64,000 nt of DNA from the NCBI GenBank assembly GCA_050949055.1, contig JBMNFA010000009.1:257600-321599 (forward strand), in the 5' to 3' direction. Source of the stretch: Bacillota bacterium. GTDB lineage: Bacteria > Bacillota > UBA994 > UBA5500. The translations under genes and the position numbers were made by a program. Positions 26,328 through 36,524 of this stretch are shown here, piece by piece; within the stretch, counting starts at the first letter, position 1, and each line of letters opens with the position of its first letter. The notes under the pieces were generated by a model. That model saw only the letters and a program-made list of their open reading frames with translations. It ran no database searches and had not been told where the DNA came from.

Positions 26328-27791
26328 TTACCTCACGATGCCAAACAGGTGCCACAAGGGTACACTGAGGCAGATGGCCACGGCAATAGCCGTGATAAAG
26401 ATCAGCGAAGCCCGGGCGGTATCCCCGGGAGTGATCACATCCTGGCCGGAGGAACCGACGGCCACGATGTAGGTGGCACTCTGATAAGGCAAGAAGAAAA
26501 CCAGATGTCCGATATATTGCACGGCAAAACCCAGCACCCAAACATTCAGTCCCGCCCTCCCGGCCACCGCCGCCAACACCAGAATGCAGATGGTCAGCAG
26601 CGCATTGACGGAAACAACCAGAAAGCGCAGGCCGATGGTGATGGCCATCAAGGCGGCAATGAATAACAGGCTGTTGCCACTGAGCGGAGACAGCAACAGC
26701 GAGACCTGTTGACCGAGAAAGCCGTCGATGCCCAATTCGGGGATGATTACACCCAGGTTAAGAATCACGCCCAGGAAAATTAGGGTTGCCCACCCGAGTT
26801 CGGATTGCAGCGACTTTTTGTCGACCACTCCCGTGGCCAACAGCGCTGACAGGCCAGCCAGCGCTACGATGACAGCATGGATGCCGTGCATCGCCTCTGT
26901 TACCCAGAGGGCAATAGCGACGACCAAGACGACCAGAGTGATCTTCTCTTTCCGGGAGAAGGGCCCCAACTCCTGCAGCTGCCGCTTGACCGCTGTCAGA
27001 TCGGCGGCCACCTTCTGTTTCGGGGCCATGAACAGCATGATCAACAGGAATGCCCCCAGCAGCGTCAGTACGCCGGGAACCAAGGCTGCTTTCAGCCATC
27101 CCATCCAGCTCATGGCCGCCTGCTCGCTTGCAGGCAGCATGTCCAACATCAGCAGGTTGGTACTGCTGCCGGTGAGGAAGATGGGCGCGGTGGCCACAAA
27201 GCCCAAATACATGGCCATGAACAGGCCCGCGCTGGCCTTGCTCTTCATCGGCAGCCCCATGCCCCGCACCAGCTCGGGCACAAACTTAGCCGCAATACTC
27301 ACCTTGGCCACAATGCTGGGGATAGCGGGTGCAGCGATGAGGCCGGTGATCAACAGCGCCAGCGATTGTCCCAGGTAGGTGGGGGGCATCGTCTTCAGCA
27401 TCAACAGGGTAGAACGCCGCAGCAAGCCGGATTTGGCCACCCCTAAGCCCAAGCCCATCGCCCCCAGCATCAACCACCAGGTCTTGCTATGGAAGGTGGC
27501 AAAGGCAGTCTCGAAGGGAACGATTTTCAGGGCCACCCAGCCGACGCCCATGATCAGGGCCACCACGTAGTCATCGAAGACCCGGCCGATCCAAAAACAG
27601 ATGGCCGCCGCCAGCAAGCCCAGGGTGTACATCGCCTGCGGTGACAGGTCTGCCCAAGGGGGCTGCAGAGCGATGAACAGGCCCATGGCGATTCCGACAA
27701 CGGCCATGGTCAGTTTGAGTTTGTCCAGTTGGAGCCTTTGTTTGGTTGGCTTGGAGGCAACAACAGGGTTGGTAGCAGGAATAGTGTGCAT
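26328..27791 (-). CDS. DASS/SLC13-family anion (di/tricarboxylate or sulfate):Na+ symporter-type permease
   Basis: 487 aa, about 12-14 TM, two-repeat architecture with GSSTNLLMLDML-type hairpin motifs. Confidence 0.65.
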   Translation of the reverse strand: MHTIPATNPVVASKPTKQRLQLDKLKLTMAVVGIAMGLFIALQPPWADLSPQAMYTLGLLAAAICFWIGRVFDDYVVALIMGVGWVALKIVPFETAFATFHSKTWWLMLGAMGLGLGVAKSGLLRRSTLLMLKTMPPTYLGQSLALLITGLIAAPAIPSIVAKVSIAAKFVPELVRGMGLPMKSKASAGLFMAMYLGFVATAPIFLTGSSTNLLMLDMLPASEQAAMSWMGWLKAALVPGVLTLLGAFLLIMLFMAPKQKVAADLTAVKRQLQELGPFSRKEKITLVVLVVAIALWVTEAMHGIHAVIVALAGLSALLATGVVDKKSLQSELGWATLIFLGVILNLGVIIPELGIDGFLGQQVSLLLSPLSGNSLLFIAALMAITIGLRFLVVSVNALLTICILVLAAVAGRAGLNVWVLGFAVQYIGHLVFFLPYQSATYIVAVGSSGQDVITPGDTARASLIFITAIAVAICLSVPLWHLFGIVR

Positions 27792-27940
27792 GTCAGTCTC
27801 CCCCAGGAATGCATTTAGTGCTTTGTATACATCATATCACTTCGCAGAGAAACTGAGCCCACTAATTCCGTTGACTAAATGTTTGCCTACCGCTCTTTGG
27901 ACTTTTCTAGTCCCTCACATCCCCTGCTTCATCCTCTCAA

Positions 27941-28417
27941 CTACCGATTGCGGCCGTTTCCGAAATTGACTCCGCCGTGTCTCAGTGCCCGCATTCCGCG
28001 ACCGAATCCCATGCCCTGGCCGTAGCCACCACACCCAAGTCCGGCTCCAAACTGCTTGCCAAGCCCGGCTCCGCCTACGCCGAAGCCGGGGCAGTTGGCC
28101 AGGTTTGCTTGCAGGGCTTGATAGATCTGGTCTGCTTCTTCCTGCGTCAGCTGGCCCGCGGCCACCTTCCGATCTAAAATCTCTTTCTTCAGCTCCAGCA
28201 TTTTCTGCTGGAACTCCTCCAGCAAGTCGGCCTCAGCAGCCATGGCGCCATAGCTATCGCCGCTACCGCGTTGCTCTATGATCGATTCCAGCGGCTGACC
28301 TGTCAGTTCGGCCACTACTTCTGCTGGTGTACCAGCGCCTGCAGCATAAGCGACAGCACCGGCGCCGAGAACGCCTACTAGCAGCAGGGTAATACCTACT
28401 AGCTTCTTCACATTCAT
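27941..28417 (-). CDS. secreted Gly-rich hypothetical protein (signal peptide)
   Basis: ORF track. Signal peptide, helical middle, Gly-rich tail. Sits downstream of the two-component system. Confidence 0.4.
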   Translation of the reverse strand: MNVKKLVGITLLLVGVLGAGAVAYAAGAGTPAEVVAELTGQPLESIIEQRGSGDSYGAMAAEADLLEEFQQKMLELKKEILDRKVAAGQLTQEEADQIYQALQANLANCPGFGVGGAGLGKQFGAGLGCGGYGQGMGFGRGMRALRHGGVNFGNGRNR

Positions 28418-28520
28418 GCGTTTTCACCTCGCATTTTGGGATTGTGGGCTGCGCCCCACTTTTGTTATATCGCACGAATGTGAGCAAACTGTGATCAAAT
28501 GCACGCGAAAATGAAAAAAC

Positions 28521-29912
28521 TCAACCTCGATAGCGATCCAAATCAAACCAAACGGTGGTGCCTATGCCCTCCTGGCTGTCGATGTGATGTTCCGCCTGGT
28601 GAGCATCCAAAATACCTTTCACTATAGCGAGGCCCAATCCACTGCCGTCGGAGGCCCTCCCGTCGCTGGCCTGCCCCTGGTAATACTTTTCCCAGATGTG
28701 TGGCAGGTCCGAGGGTGAAATCCCCGACCCCGTATCGCTGACGCTGACCCGCACCTTATCGCCCTCCGCAGCCGCTTTCAGCGCAATGCTTCCACCCGAG
28801 CCGGTGTGCTGCAGACTGTTCTGCAACAGGTTCTGGATCACCTGTGCGATCTTCGCCTCGTCTGCCATGGCCGCCAGGTCGCCATGCGCCTGTACCTGCA
28901 GGCCAATTCCCTGCTGCTGGGCGATGACAGCATACTTGTCAGCGAGATCCTGCAGCAAGTCAGCGACTGAAAAGGCCCGCCGGTTGACCTCTGCGTTTCC
29001 CGATTGCAGCAGCGCCAGCTGCAGATTATGGTCCACCAAGTTGGTCAGGCGTTCCGTTTCCTCAATGATCACTTGCAGCTCTGCCTCCCGCCGGCTGCGG
29101 TCATCTCCACTGATATCCCGAATGGTTTCAGCGTACCCGCGGATCACACTGAGCGGGGTGCGCAAGTCATGAGAGACATTGGCCACCAGATCCCGGCGCA
29201 GCTGTTCTATCTTGGCCAGTCGTTCCCCCAGATGGTTGATGGAGGCCGCCAGCGCACCGATCTCATCCTGGCCGGTGTACTCCACTCGGGCCGAGAAGTC
29301 ACCTTTCGCCATGCTGGCTGCCGCGCGCCGCATCTGCAGTATAGGCAGGCTAAAGCCCCTTGCCAACCACAAGGAAAGGGCTGCCGTTAACGCCAGCAGC
29401 AGAACGGTGACATACCCCAGCTGCCGCTTAAGGATGGTTGCTGTTTCTGCTACAGCGGCCATGGGCACGGTAACGATGAAAGCGCCACGACCCTCTGGCA
29501 GAGGCAGTCCCAGAAGGGTGTACTCGCTGCCGAAGCGGGGATGGGCAGCAGTCAGCTGTACCGCCTGTCCAGATAAGGCGCCCTCATACAGACTGCGGGT
29601 GACGTGCCGCATCATCGGCATGTGCCAGCCCTGGTCGCCGGAACTCAAATGCAGAGAACGACCCTGCTCGTCCAGCCACTCGATGGTCAGGTTCTGGACG
29701 CTGGCCAGGCGATCCAGCTCGAACTCCACGTCCGACCGGCTGCCCTGTCCGCTCATCTCGCCGATGGTGGTCAGTTGGCGTTTGATATCCGCGATGCGCA
29801 TATTGGCATAGAAACTCTCCAAGAAGACTATCTGCAACAGCCATAGAGCCAGCAGGATGGTGGTCACCAAGGCCATCATACCCAGCCACAGCTTGCCTCG
29901 GATACTCCTCAT
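28521..29912 (-). CDS. sensor histidine kinase (two TM, HAMP, HisKA, HATPase_c)
   Basis: H-box VSHDLRTPLSVIRGYAE and N/G1/G2 boxes (NLLQNSLQHT, DTGSGI, GSGLGLAIV). Confidence 0.9.
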   Translation of the reverse strand: MRSIRGKLWLGMMALVTTILLALWLLQIVFLESFYANMRIADIKRQLTTIGEMSGQGSRSDVEFELDRLASVQNLTIEWLDEQGRSLHLSSGDQGWHMPMMRHVTRSLYEGALSGQAVQLTAAHPRFGSEYTLLGLPLPEGRGAFIVTVPMAAVAETATILKRQLGYVTVLLLALTAALSLWLARGFSLPILQMRRAAASMAKGDFSARVEYTGQDEIGALAASINHLGERLAKIEQLRRDLVANVSHDLRTPLSVIRGYAETIRDISGDDRSRREAELQVIIEETERLTNLVDHNLQLALLQSGNAEVNRRAFSVADLLQDLADKYAVIAQQQGIGLQVQAHGDLAAMADEAKIAQVIQNLLQNSLQHTGSGGSIALKAAAEGDKVRVSVSDTGSGISPSDLPHIWEKYYQGQASDGRASDGSGLGLAIVKGILDAHQAEHHIDSQEGIGTTVWFDLDRYRG

Positions 29913-30595
29913 GGCTGTGGCACCGCCTGAAACTTATAGCCGACTCCCCATACGGTGATCAGAAACCGCCGGTACTGCCCGAGATGGTCGCGCAGCATCT
30001 TCACGTGGGTGTCCACCGTGCGGCTGTCACCGACAAAGTCGTAACCCCAAACGGAGTTGAGCAGCTGCTCTCGGGAGAAAACCTGATTCTGATGCTGCGC
30101 CAGGAAGCTGAGCAGGTCAAACTCTCGCGGAGTGAGCGTCAGCGTCTGTCCGTCGGCGGTCACCGTGCGCGATTTCAACTCTATCTGCAGACCATCCAGC
30201 ACGATCTCTGTTGATGGCGTGCTGTTCTGTTCGGTCCTGCGGATGATCGCCTTCATCCTGGCCAACAACTCCTTGGGACTGAAGGGCTTCACCAAATAGT
30301 CGTCCACGCCCAAGTCAAAGCCGAACAGGCGGTCATACTCCTCGCCACGGGCAGTGAGCATGATCACCGGCACATTGGAGGTGCTGCGAATCTCGCGGCA
30401 AACCGTCCATCCGTCCACGTTGGGCATCATCACGTCCAGGATCACCAGTGAAAACTGCTGCTCCGAGAACAACCGCAGTGCCTCGGCACCGTCCACCGCC
30501 TCCACCACCTGATACCCCTCGTGCTCGATATATCCCCTGAGCATCTGGCGCAACCGTTGCTCATCATCCACCAGCAGTATTCGCTTGCCGTTCAT
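29909..30595 (-). CDS. OmpR-family response regulator
   Basis: ILLVDDE...D...LDVMMP receiver and winged-helix C-terminus (VWGYDFVGDSRTVDTHV). Overlaps the HK start by 4 nt. Confidence 0.9.
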   Translation of the reverse strand: MNGKRILLVDDEQRLRQMLRGYIEHEGYQVVEAVDGAEALRLFSEQQFSLVILDVMMPNVDGWTVCREIRSTSNVPVIMLTARGEEYDRLFGFDLGVDDYLVKPFSPKELLARMKAIIRRTEQNSTPSTEIVLDGLQIELKSRTVTADGQTLTLTPREFDLLSFLAQHQNQVFSREQLLNSVWGYDFVGDSRTVDTHVKMLRDHLGQYRRFLITVWGVGYKFQAVPQP

Positions 30596-30651
30596 ACTAT
30601 CACCTCTCTACCCGTGACAGGCGTGCCCTCTTTCCTGTCCCTTTCGTTTCA

Positions 30652-31527
30652 CTAGATGTGTAATTCCATCCCCTCGGCAGCTACATGAAACCCGCGACGC
30701 AGTACTTCGTGCACTTCGTCGCTGTCTCTCTGGAGCAGGGGGTTGGTGTGATTGAAGTGGAAGAAGTAGACCCCGGTATGTCCAGCGTCGACCACTGGCT
30801 GTAGCAGGTCCATGGTATCTCTCACCAGGGGATGCGGGACCTGCGCATAGTCCCTACCGCGAGCGGCCAGTTCATCTGCGGCGAAGAAAGTGCCGTCCAA
30901 GAAGAGATAATCCACCTGGCGGGCAATGTCCGGCAGCGAGCGTTCCCACTGCTCCCAGCAGTCCAGGTCAGGCAGGAACAGCAGGCGGCGGCGTGGGCCG
31001 CTGACCAGAAAGGCAAAGGTCTCAGCAAACTCGTTGCGATGTGGGACCGCCCAGGGAGTGATGCTTAATCCGGCGGGCAGCGACACTGGTTGTTCGGGCT
31101 GCAGTGGCTGCAGCATGATATTCTCAGTCTGCACCAATTGGCTCCAGGGCGCAGAGTGACGCAGCAAGGCCTGCAGCCCTTGGCCTGCCCAAACAGGAAT
31201 GCCCTCGGATGCGATCGCCTCCTTGCCCAGATACATGAGGCCGGTGTAGTGTCCAATGTGGGCATGGGTAAGAAACACGCCCCGCATCAAGCCCAACTCC
31301 GGACGGGCGGCATGCAGTATGGCCAGTTGTTCCGGCAAGTGGGGCGTGGCCTCCAGCAGATACCATCCCCAGTTACACGGCAATATCAGCGCCAGGGCAG
31401 CAGCGAACCGCCGCTGGGCGGGATTTTCCCTGGCCGTTTGGCAGTATTCGCAGTAGCAGTTGGCCTGCGGAACACCAGCATCCTGTGCGGTGCCCAAGAC
31501 TTTGACGGTGATCGATTGGCTAGTCAT
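30652..31527 (-). CDS. MBL-fold metallo-hydrolase, PqqB-like
   Basis: ATG 31525-31527 (MTSQSITVKVLGTAQDAGVPQ). HxHxDH-type motif LTHAHIGHYTG. Confidence 0.7.
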   Translation of the reverse strand: MTSQSITVKVLGTAQDAGVPQANCYCEYCQTARENPAQRRFAAALALILPCNWGWYLLEATPHLPEQLAILHAARPELGLMRGVFLTHAHIGHYTGLMYLGKEAIASEGIPVWAGQGLQALLRHSAPWSQLVQTENIMLQPLQPEQPVSLPAGLSITPWAVPHRNEFAETFAFLVSGPRRRLLFLPDLDCWEQWERSLPDIARQVDYLFLDGTFFAADELAARGRDYAQVPHPLVRDTMDLLQPVVDAGHTGVYFFHFNHTNPLLQRDSDEVHEVLRRGFHVAAEGMELHI

Positions 31528-31681
31528 ACAGTTCCCCCCAAAGAATCGACGCAAGGCCACAAACGGCAAAGGGCGATCCGCTTGCGGTGCGGCCTCTATT
31601 CTATAGTCAGTGTAGCGGAAGCGCCGATCGATTCCTAGGCTAGAGGCGGCAAAAACAATGCTCGCCCACCTCTCATTTCCA

Positions 31682-31710
31682 TTGACGGCCCCCGGTGCAG
31701 CTGCTAAACT
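31682..31710 (+). promoter_or_regulatory. promoter TTGACG-17-TAAACT for the NSS transporter leader
   Basis: Hexamers with 17-nt spacing, about 210 nt upstream of the start codon. Confidence 0.45.
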
Positions 31711-31812
31711 ATTGCCTAATATACCTTGGAAGTGTACCTAGGGTTCCGCAGCCGTTGGGCTGGACAGGACCGAGCGGTACAGGCGTTTAACGCTACACCG
31801 TGGGGATAAAAG

Positions 31813-31870
31813 ACCCAAGCGGCAAGTTCCAACCGATAGGATTGGATTGTCCGCTTGGGTTTACCTTTTT
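31813..31870 (+). promoter_or_regulatory. leader terminator-like hairpin (ACCCAAGCGG...CCGCTTGGGT + TTACCTTTTT) inside the 5' UTR of the NSS transporter gene: candidate attenuator/riboswitch expression platform
   Basis: 10-bp stem, structured 28-nt loop, T-rich tail. No plus-strand gene upstream to terminate. Confidence 0.4.
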
Positions 31871-31922
31871 GGAGGCCCTTGCTTCAGTCCAATGGTAGCC
31901 CAATTGGAAAGGAGCAAGCGGA

Positions 31923-33302
31923 ATGTCAAACAAAGGTCAAGCATCTTCATCCAAGTCAACAGGGGGCAGGGACGCATTTGTCACCAGTCTGGGAGCGTTA
32001 GTTGTGACTCTGGGCTCAGCAGTCGGCCTGGGCAACATTTGGAAGTTCCCGGCACTTGCAGGCCAAAATGGAGGTGCGGCCTTCGTGCTGCTCTACCTGC
32101 TTTGCGTAGCTGGCGTAGGATTGCCGGTGTTGATTGCTGAGTTGCTGTTGGGTCGCCGCGCTCGCGCCAACGCGGTGTCCGCATTCCGCAAGCTGGCCCC
32201 AGGGAAGGCTTGGTATCTGATTGGGATCAGTGGCGTAATCGCAGCCGTGATGATCATGGCCTTCTACACGGATGTGGCCGGCTGGGTCTATTCCTACGCT
32301 TTCAAGGCTTTGACAGGAGGACTATCCGCAGACCAGAGCGGGGCAGTTTTCGATCAGACCATCGGTTCGCCAGTCAGCTCCTTGATGTGGCAGTGGTTGG
32401 CTCTGGCTGTGACCACTGGAGTGGTGGTGATGGGTGTGGGCAAAGGGATCGAGCGCGTAATCAAGCGACTGATGCCGTTGCTGCTGGTCCTGTTGATCAT
32501 TTGCGACATTCGGGCGTTGTCGTTACCAGGAGCCAGTGAGGGATTGGATTTCCTATTCCGGCCGGACTTCAGCAAACTGTCTGCGGCAGCCGTGCTGACC
32601 GCACTGGGTCTGGCCTTTTTCAAACTCTCGCTGGGCATGGGTACGATGCTGACCTACGGTAGCTACATGAATGACTCACAGAGTATCCCTGGGACGGCCG
32701 CTAAAGTCGCGCTCGCTGACACGATGGTCTCATTATTGGCGGGTATCGCCATCTTTCCAGCTGTCTTTGCCTTTGGCTTTGAGCCGACTGCCGGTCCAGG
32801 GCTGCTGTTTGTCACCATTCCCTCGGTGTTCGCAGCCATGCCCTTCGGTGGGTTCTTCACCTTCCTGTTCTTTGTGCTGACGGCTGTCGCCGCCACCGGG
32901 GCGATGATTTCGTTGGTGGAGGTTCCCGTTGCCTTTGTGCATGAGACCCTGGGCTGGTCCCGGCGCAAGGCAGGCTTGTTGACTGCCGGGGTAATGGCAC
33001 TATTAGGAGTGCCAGCCACCCTTTCCACCAACTTATGGAGTTCTGTCAAGGTGTTTGACTTGACCTTCTTTGACCTGTTTGACTTCATATCCTCCAACAT
33101 CCTCTTGCCTGTTGGCGGCATCACTATCGCTCTGTTTGTTGGCTGGGTTTGGAGCAAAGGGTTGTTTGTCAAGCTGGCCAGCAACCAGGATGCTCTGCGC
33201 AACCAGAGCCTGATGTCAGCAGTGCATGGCCTGTTGCGCTTTGTCACCCCGGTGGCTGTAACCATCGTGTTGCTGAATGGGTTGGGATTGATCAAAATAT
33301 AG
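31923..33302 (+). CDS. neurotransmitter:sodium symporter (NSS/SNF) family amino-acid transporter
   Basis: GLGNIWKFPALAGQNGGAAFVLLYL (NSS TM1 signature). SD AAAGGAG. Confidence 0.88.
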   Translation: MSNKGQASSSKSTGGRDAFVTSLGALVVTLGSAVGLGNIWKFPALAGQNGGAAFVLLYLLCVAGVGLPVLIAELLLGRRARANAVSAFRKLAPGKAWYLIGISGVIAAVMIMAFYTDVAGWVYSYAFKALTGGLSADQSGAVFDQTIGSPVSSLMWQWLALAVTTGVVVMGVGKGIERVIKRLMPLLLVLLIICDIRALSLPGASEGLDFLFRPDFSKLSAAAVLTALGLAFFKLSLGMGTMLTYGSYMNDSQSIPGTAAKVALADTMVSLLAGIAIFPAVFAFGFEPTAGPGLLFVTIPSVFAAMPFGGFFTFLFFVLTAVAATGAMISLVEVPVAFVHETLGWSRRKAGLLTAGVMALLGVPATLSTNLWSSVKVFDLTFFDLFDFISSNILLPVGGITIALFVGWVWSKGLFVKLASNQDALRNQSLMSAVHGLLRFVTPVAVTIVLLNGLGLIKI

Positions 33303-33424
33303 CTGCTTTCCCGGCGTGTTGGCTAACGCTGGCGTACATCTCTTCTAAGCTTCTGAATCTTCACCTCCCCTTTTACCCAAGAAGGCGGCCGCATCCCGCG
33401 GCCGCCTTCGCATGTTCACCCACA

Positions 33425-33982
33425 TTATAGTCTGTCTTGCCAATCCTGCCTAAGAATAGCATATTGTTTCAGGTCGTGATACTCACCTTTCACGAACATC
33501 TTCTGGCGAGCTACGCCCTCCAGCTGCATGCCCACCTTCTGCATTACCCGTTCTGATCCAATGTTCTGCAACTTGCAGTAGGCTTCGATGCGGTTCAGGT
33601 CCAGGTGCTGAAATCCAAACTGAATCACTTTGGCGGCAGCCTCTGTAGTAATTCCCTGCCCCCAATGCGCTCGCCCCAAGGCATAGCCTAACTCAGCCAG
33701 ATGGTGAATCTTCGTCCACCGGACAAAACCACACGTACCAATTACTCGATTGGTCCGCTTGAGCACGATTCCCCAGTCAAAGTGATCACCGTCGGCATAC
33801 GCCTGCTCCACAAAACGCAGGAAGCCAAGCGAATCCTGGACGTTGCGATGGGTCGGCCAAGTGACATATCTGGCTACGGCCGGGTCAGATGCATAGGCGA
33901 AGACGTCCTCAGCGTCAGCCACGTTCAACGCTCTCAGCACCAGCCGTTCCGTTTCCAGCACGGGTGGTCTCCATGGGTCCAT
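33425..33982 (-). CDS. GNAT-family N-acetyltransferase (RimJ/RimL-like)
   Basis: LETERLVLRAL...WGIV...GTCGF...HWGQGITTEAA. Confidence 0.85.
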   Translation of the reverse strand: MDPWRPPVLETERLVLRALNVADAEDVFAYASDPAVARYVTWPTHRNVQDSLGFLRFVEQAYADGDHFDWGIVLKRTNRVIGTCGFVRWTKIHHLAELGYALGRAHWGQGITTEAAAKVIQFGFQHLDLNRIEAYCKLQNIGSERVMQKVGMQLEGVARQKMFVKGEYHDLKQYAILRQDWQDRL

Positions 33983-34069
33983 TCTAGTGCCTCCTTCAGC
34001 CCCGGTTATCCATTGTCCAGGTTCCTACCGTCATCAAGCTGCTGGCCTCCAATTGAGCCATCAGCGCGG

Positions 34070-34870
34070 CTATACGTGCAAGTCGCGGCGATTGAAGTAG
34101 GCGACGCCGGCGCTGTACAGCGCAATCGCTATCGCAGCCAACACCGCCATGCCCACATAGGCAAAGCTCGAGCCCTCCAGCAGCTTATTGGGATCAAACA
34201 GTGCATAGAGCGATAAATTCCCCACCCAGCTGAACTTCTCGCCCACATCGCCTAACATCTGCAGCGCCAGAAAGGCCACCGGCAAGCCAACTCCTATACC
34301 CAAACTGTGTTTGCTTTCGTTGGCAATGCAGGAGGCAAAGAAGCCGATGCCACCGATGGCGTAATACGTGACCAGTGCATAGAGGTTGAGCTGAATGAAC
34401 TTGCCAATGTCCAAAGCGCCAGGGAAGGCAGCTTGGCATACCAATGTTCCGACGATGGTGATCAGGACAAAAAAGAGGGTGATGGATGCCAGGCTGAACG
34501 AGAGCTGGGTCTTGGCTATCTTCAGACGGGAGTTGGGAGTGGCCAGCAAGTAGGCCATGCTGCCTTTGTCTATGTGGGCAGCCAGCAACTTGTGGTTGAC
34601 CACAATGGAGATGACCATGGGAAACAGGAAGACCAGAAAACCATACATGTAATTGGCGATGAAACTGGTCAAACTGGCCCCCATGTCTGAGAATCCGAAA
34701 GCATTGATCAGCGCCTCGGGCAACATCTGCAGCATCTCCTGTAAAGTCTCGGCCCCTTCGGGGTCGTACATCCAAGTGACCATCACAAAGTAGAGGCAGA
34801 AGATGGCGGTCATGATTATCCAGATGGCGCGAGTGTTGCGGATGTTGGCCTTGAATAGGGTCCAGGACAT
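34070..34870 (-). CDS. ABC-2-type transporter permease
   Basis: 266 aa, 6 TM. Coupled to the upstream ATPase gene. Confidence 0.7.
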   Translation of the reverse strand: MSWTLFKANIRNTRAIWIIMTAIFCLYFVMVTWMYDPEGAETLQEMLQMLPEALINAFGFSDMGASLTSFIANYMYGFLVFLFPMVISIVVNHKLLAAHIDKGSMAYLLATPNSRLKIAKTQLSFSLASITLFFVLITIVGTLVCQAAFPGALDIGKFIQLNLYALVTYYAIGGIGFFASCIANESKHSLGIGVGLPVAFLALQMLGDVGEKFSWVGNLSLYALFDPNKLLEGSSFAYVGMAVLAAIAIALYSAGVAYFNRRDLHV

Positions 34871-34871
34871 A

Positions 34872-35753
34872 CTAGCTCACCCCCTTGCCGTAGAAGCGAA
34901 TGAAGGTCTGCTCCAGAGCCTGCGCCGGTGCGTCCAGACTGGTCACCTGACAACCGGCTAGGGTGGTCAGCATCTTGTGGTAGTCGTTGCTGATGAATAT
35001 CTCCACCCGATGCTCATCCAATTGCTGATGCTCCAGGCCGCTGGACTTGATCTTTTCCACGTCTAATGCGTCTGCTACCGTAACCAAATAGCTCTTGCGC
35101 AGTGACGACTTGAGAGAGGCGATGTCCTCCACCGCCACAATCCTGCCTTCGCGGATAATGGCAGCCCGCTCACAGGTGCGGTCGACCTCGTCAAACATAT
35201 GTGAAGACATCAGCACAGTCTTGCCCCGGCCTCGCTCTTCCCTGATCAGCTCCACGAACCGCCTCTGCATCAAGGGATCAAGCCCGCTAGTGGGCTCGTC
35301 CAGGATCAGCACCGCTGGATCATGCATGAAGGCGGTGATCAACCCCACCTTCTGCTTCATCCCCTTGGACATCTTGCGGATCTTGCGATCACTCTCCAAT
35401 TCAAACCGTTCAATCAAGCGATCCCTGAGGGTGATATCCGTGGTACCGCGCATGTCCGCCATAAACTGCATAAACTGCATCCCGGTCATGTTCTCAAAGA
35501 AAGCTATCTCTCCCGGAACATAGCCCAGCTGCCGCTGGATGACCTCGGTCTGGGCTCTGCAGTCAAGCCCGTTGATCCGGCAGCTGCCCTGGGTGGGGTT
35601 GGTGAACCCCAGCAGCACACGAATGGTCGTGGTCTTCCCAGCACCGTTGGGGCCAAGGAAGCCGAACACCTCGCCCTCATGCACCCGGAAGCCGACATCA
35701 AAGATTCCCTTACCATTGGAGTAAATCTTGCTTAGCTGCTTTACCTCAATCAT
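34872..35753 (-). CDS. ABC transporter ATP-binding protein (exporter type)
   Basis: ATG 35751-35753 after SD GGAGGGG (the track starts upstream). GPNGAGKTT, LSKGMKQKVGL, LILDEPTSGLD. Confidence 0.85.
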   Translation of the reverse strand: MIEVKQLSKIYSNGKGIFDVGFRVHEGEVFGFLGPNGAGKTTTIRVLLGFTNPTQGSCRINGLDCRAQTEVIQRQLGYVPGEIAFFENMTGMQFMQFMADMRGTTDITLRDRLIERFELESDRKIRKMSKGMKQKVGLITAFMHDPAVLILDEPTSGLDPLMQRRFVELIREERGRGKTVLMSSHMFDEVDRTCERAAIIREGRIVAVEDIASLKSSLRKSYLVTVADALDVEKIKSSGLEHQQLDEHRVEIFISNDYHKMLTTLAGCQVTSLDAPAQALEQTFIRFYGKGVS

Positions 35754-35838
35754 ACTGCCCCTCCTATCGATAGGGATTCCAGACCCGTGCTGATGGTAGT
35801 TGTATTCATCGAGGACACTGGCAAATCTGCAAGGGCAC

Positions 35839-36522
35839 TTAAAGGTTTTTTCCGTATTCGGGGTCGTCCTGGATGTCAAAAAGGCAACCCTCGTCGCCAC
35901 GCAACACGTGTTTGGCGTGGCGACAAAGGGCACCGTTATAAGCGCGGTATTTTGCCTCGTCTACCAAGCAATAGATCTGGCCCCAACGCTCGGAACCTTT
36001 CTCCTGCCATACCTTAGCAAAGGGGCAGTAGGTGACGCAGGTGCGTTCCTCCCCAGCTTCCCTGCGCTGCTCCGATTCCCAGCCGTATTTGGGCAAATCC
36101 GATCCCAAACCGAAGTTTCCTATGGTTAAGGTCAAGCCCATCGCCTGCACCTTGCGGCGCGCGGTAAGACCGCTTTCCGTGCCATAACGCCAGATGATCT
36201 TGCGTAGCAAAGCCTCTGCCTGTTCGTCTCCGAGCTCCTCGGCCAACACTTCCGCCGTATAGTGATAGAGCACCGCCAGGCGGCGGGCCATCACGCGCAC
36301 CTGCTCTGTCGCTTCCTCTACTGAAACAAAGCTTGCCTGGTTTTCTACCAACTTCCTTACCTCCCCGCGTTCTCTGTAGCATTGTTCGTCGAGAGAGGCA
36401 GGAGCTCCTGCCAAGCAACTGGGCCAGCACCATTGCTGCGGCCCAAGCGACGAGCGACGTGACCAGGCGATGAGGCGCAAAAAGAGCTTTCCGGGAACCC
36501 GGAAAGCCTTTGGCTCATTCAT
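35839..36522 (-). CDS. L-2-amino-thiazoline-4-carboxylate hydrolase-family-like protein (start uncertain; alternative ATG at 36291)
   Basis: C-terminal about 150 aa with the Cys pattern TCVTYCPF...IYCLVDEAKY...ALCRHAKH...GCLFD resembling the ATC-hydrolase family. The N-terminal 77 codons look non-coding. Confidence 0.45.
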   Translation of the reverse strand: MNEPKAFRVPGKLFLRLIAWSRRSSLGPQQWCWPSCLAGAPASLDEQCYRERGEVRKLVENQASFVSVEEATEQVRVMARRLAVLYHYTAEVLAEELGDEQAEALLRKIIWRYGTESGLTARRKVQAMGLTLTIGNFGLGSDLPKYGWESEQRREAGEERTCVTYCPFAKVWQEKGSERWGQIYCLVDEAKYRAYNGALCRHAKHVLRGDEGCLFDIQDDPEYGKNL

Positions 36523-36524
36523 TT

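Noticed and set aside
31740-31830. Glycine riboswitch in the NSS transporter leader
   Set aside because: Partial matches only (CACCGUGGGGAUAA against CACCGAAGGGGCAA) and no second aptamer or CUCAGGCAAAAGGAC block.
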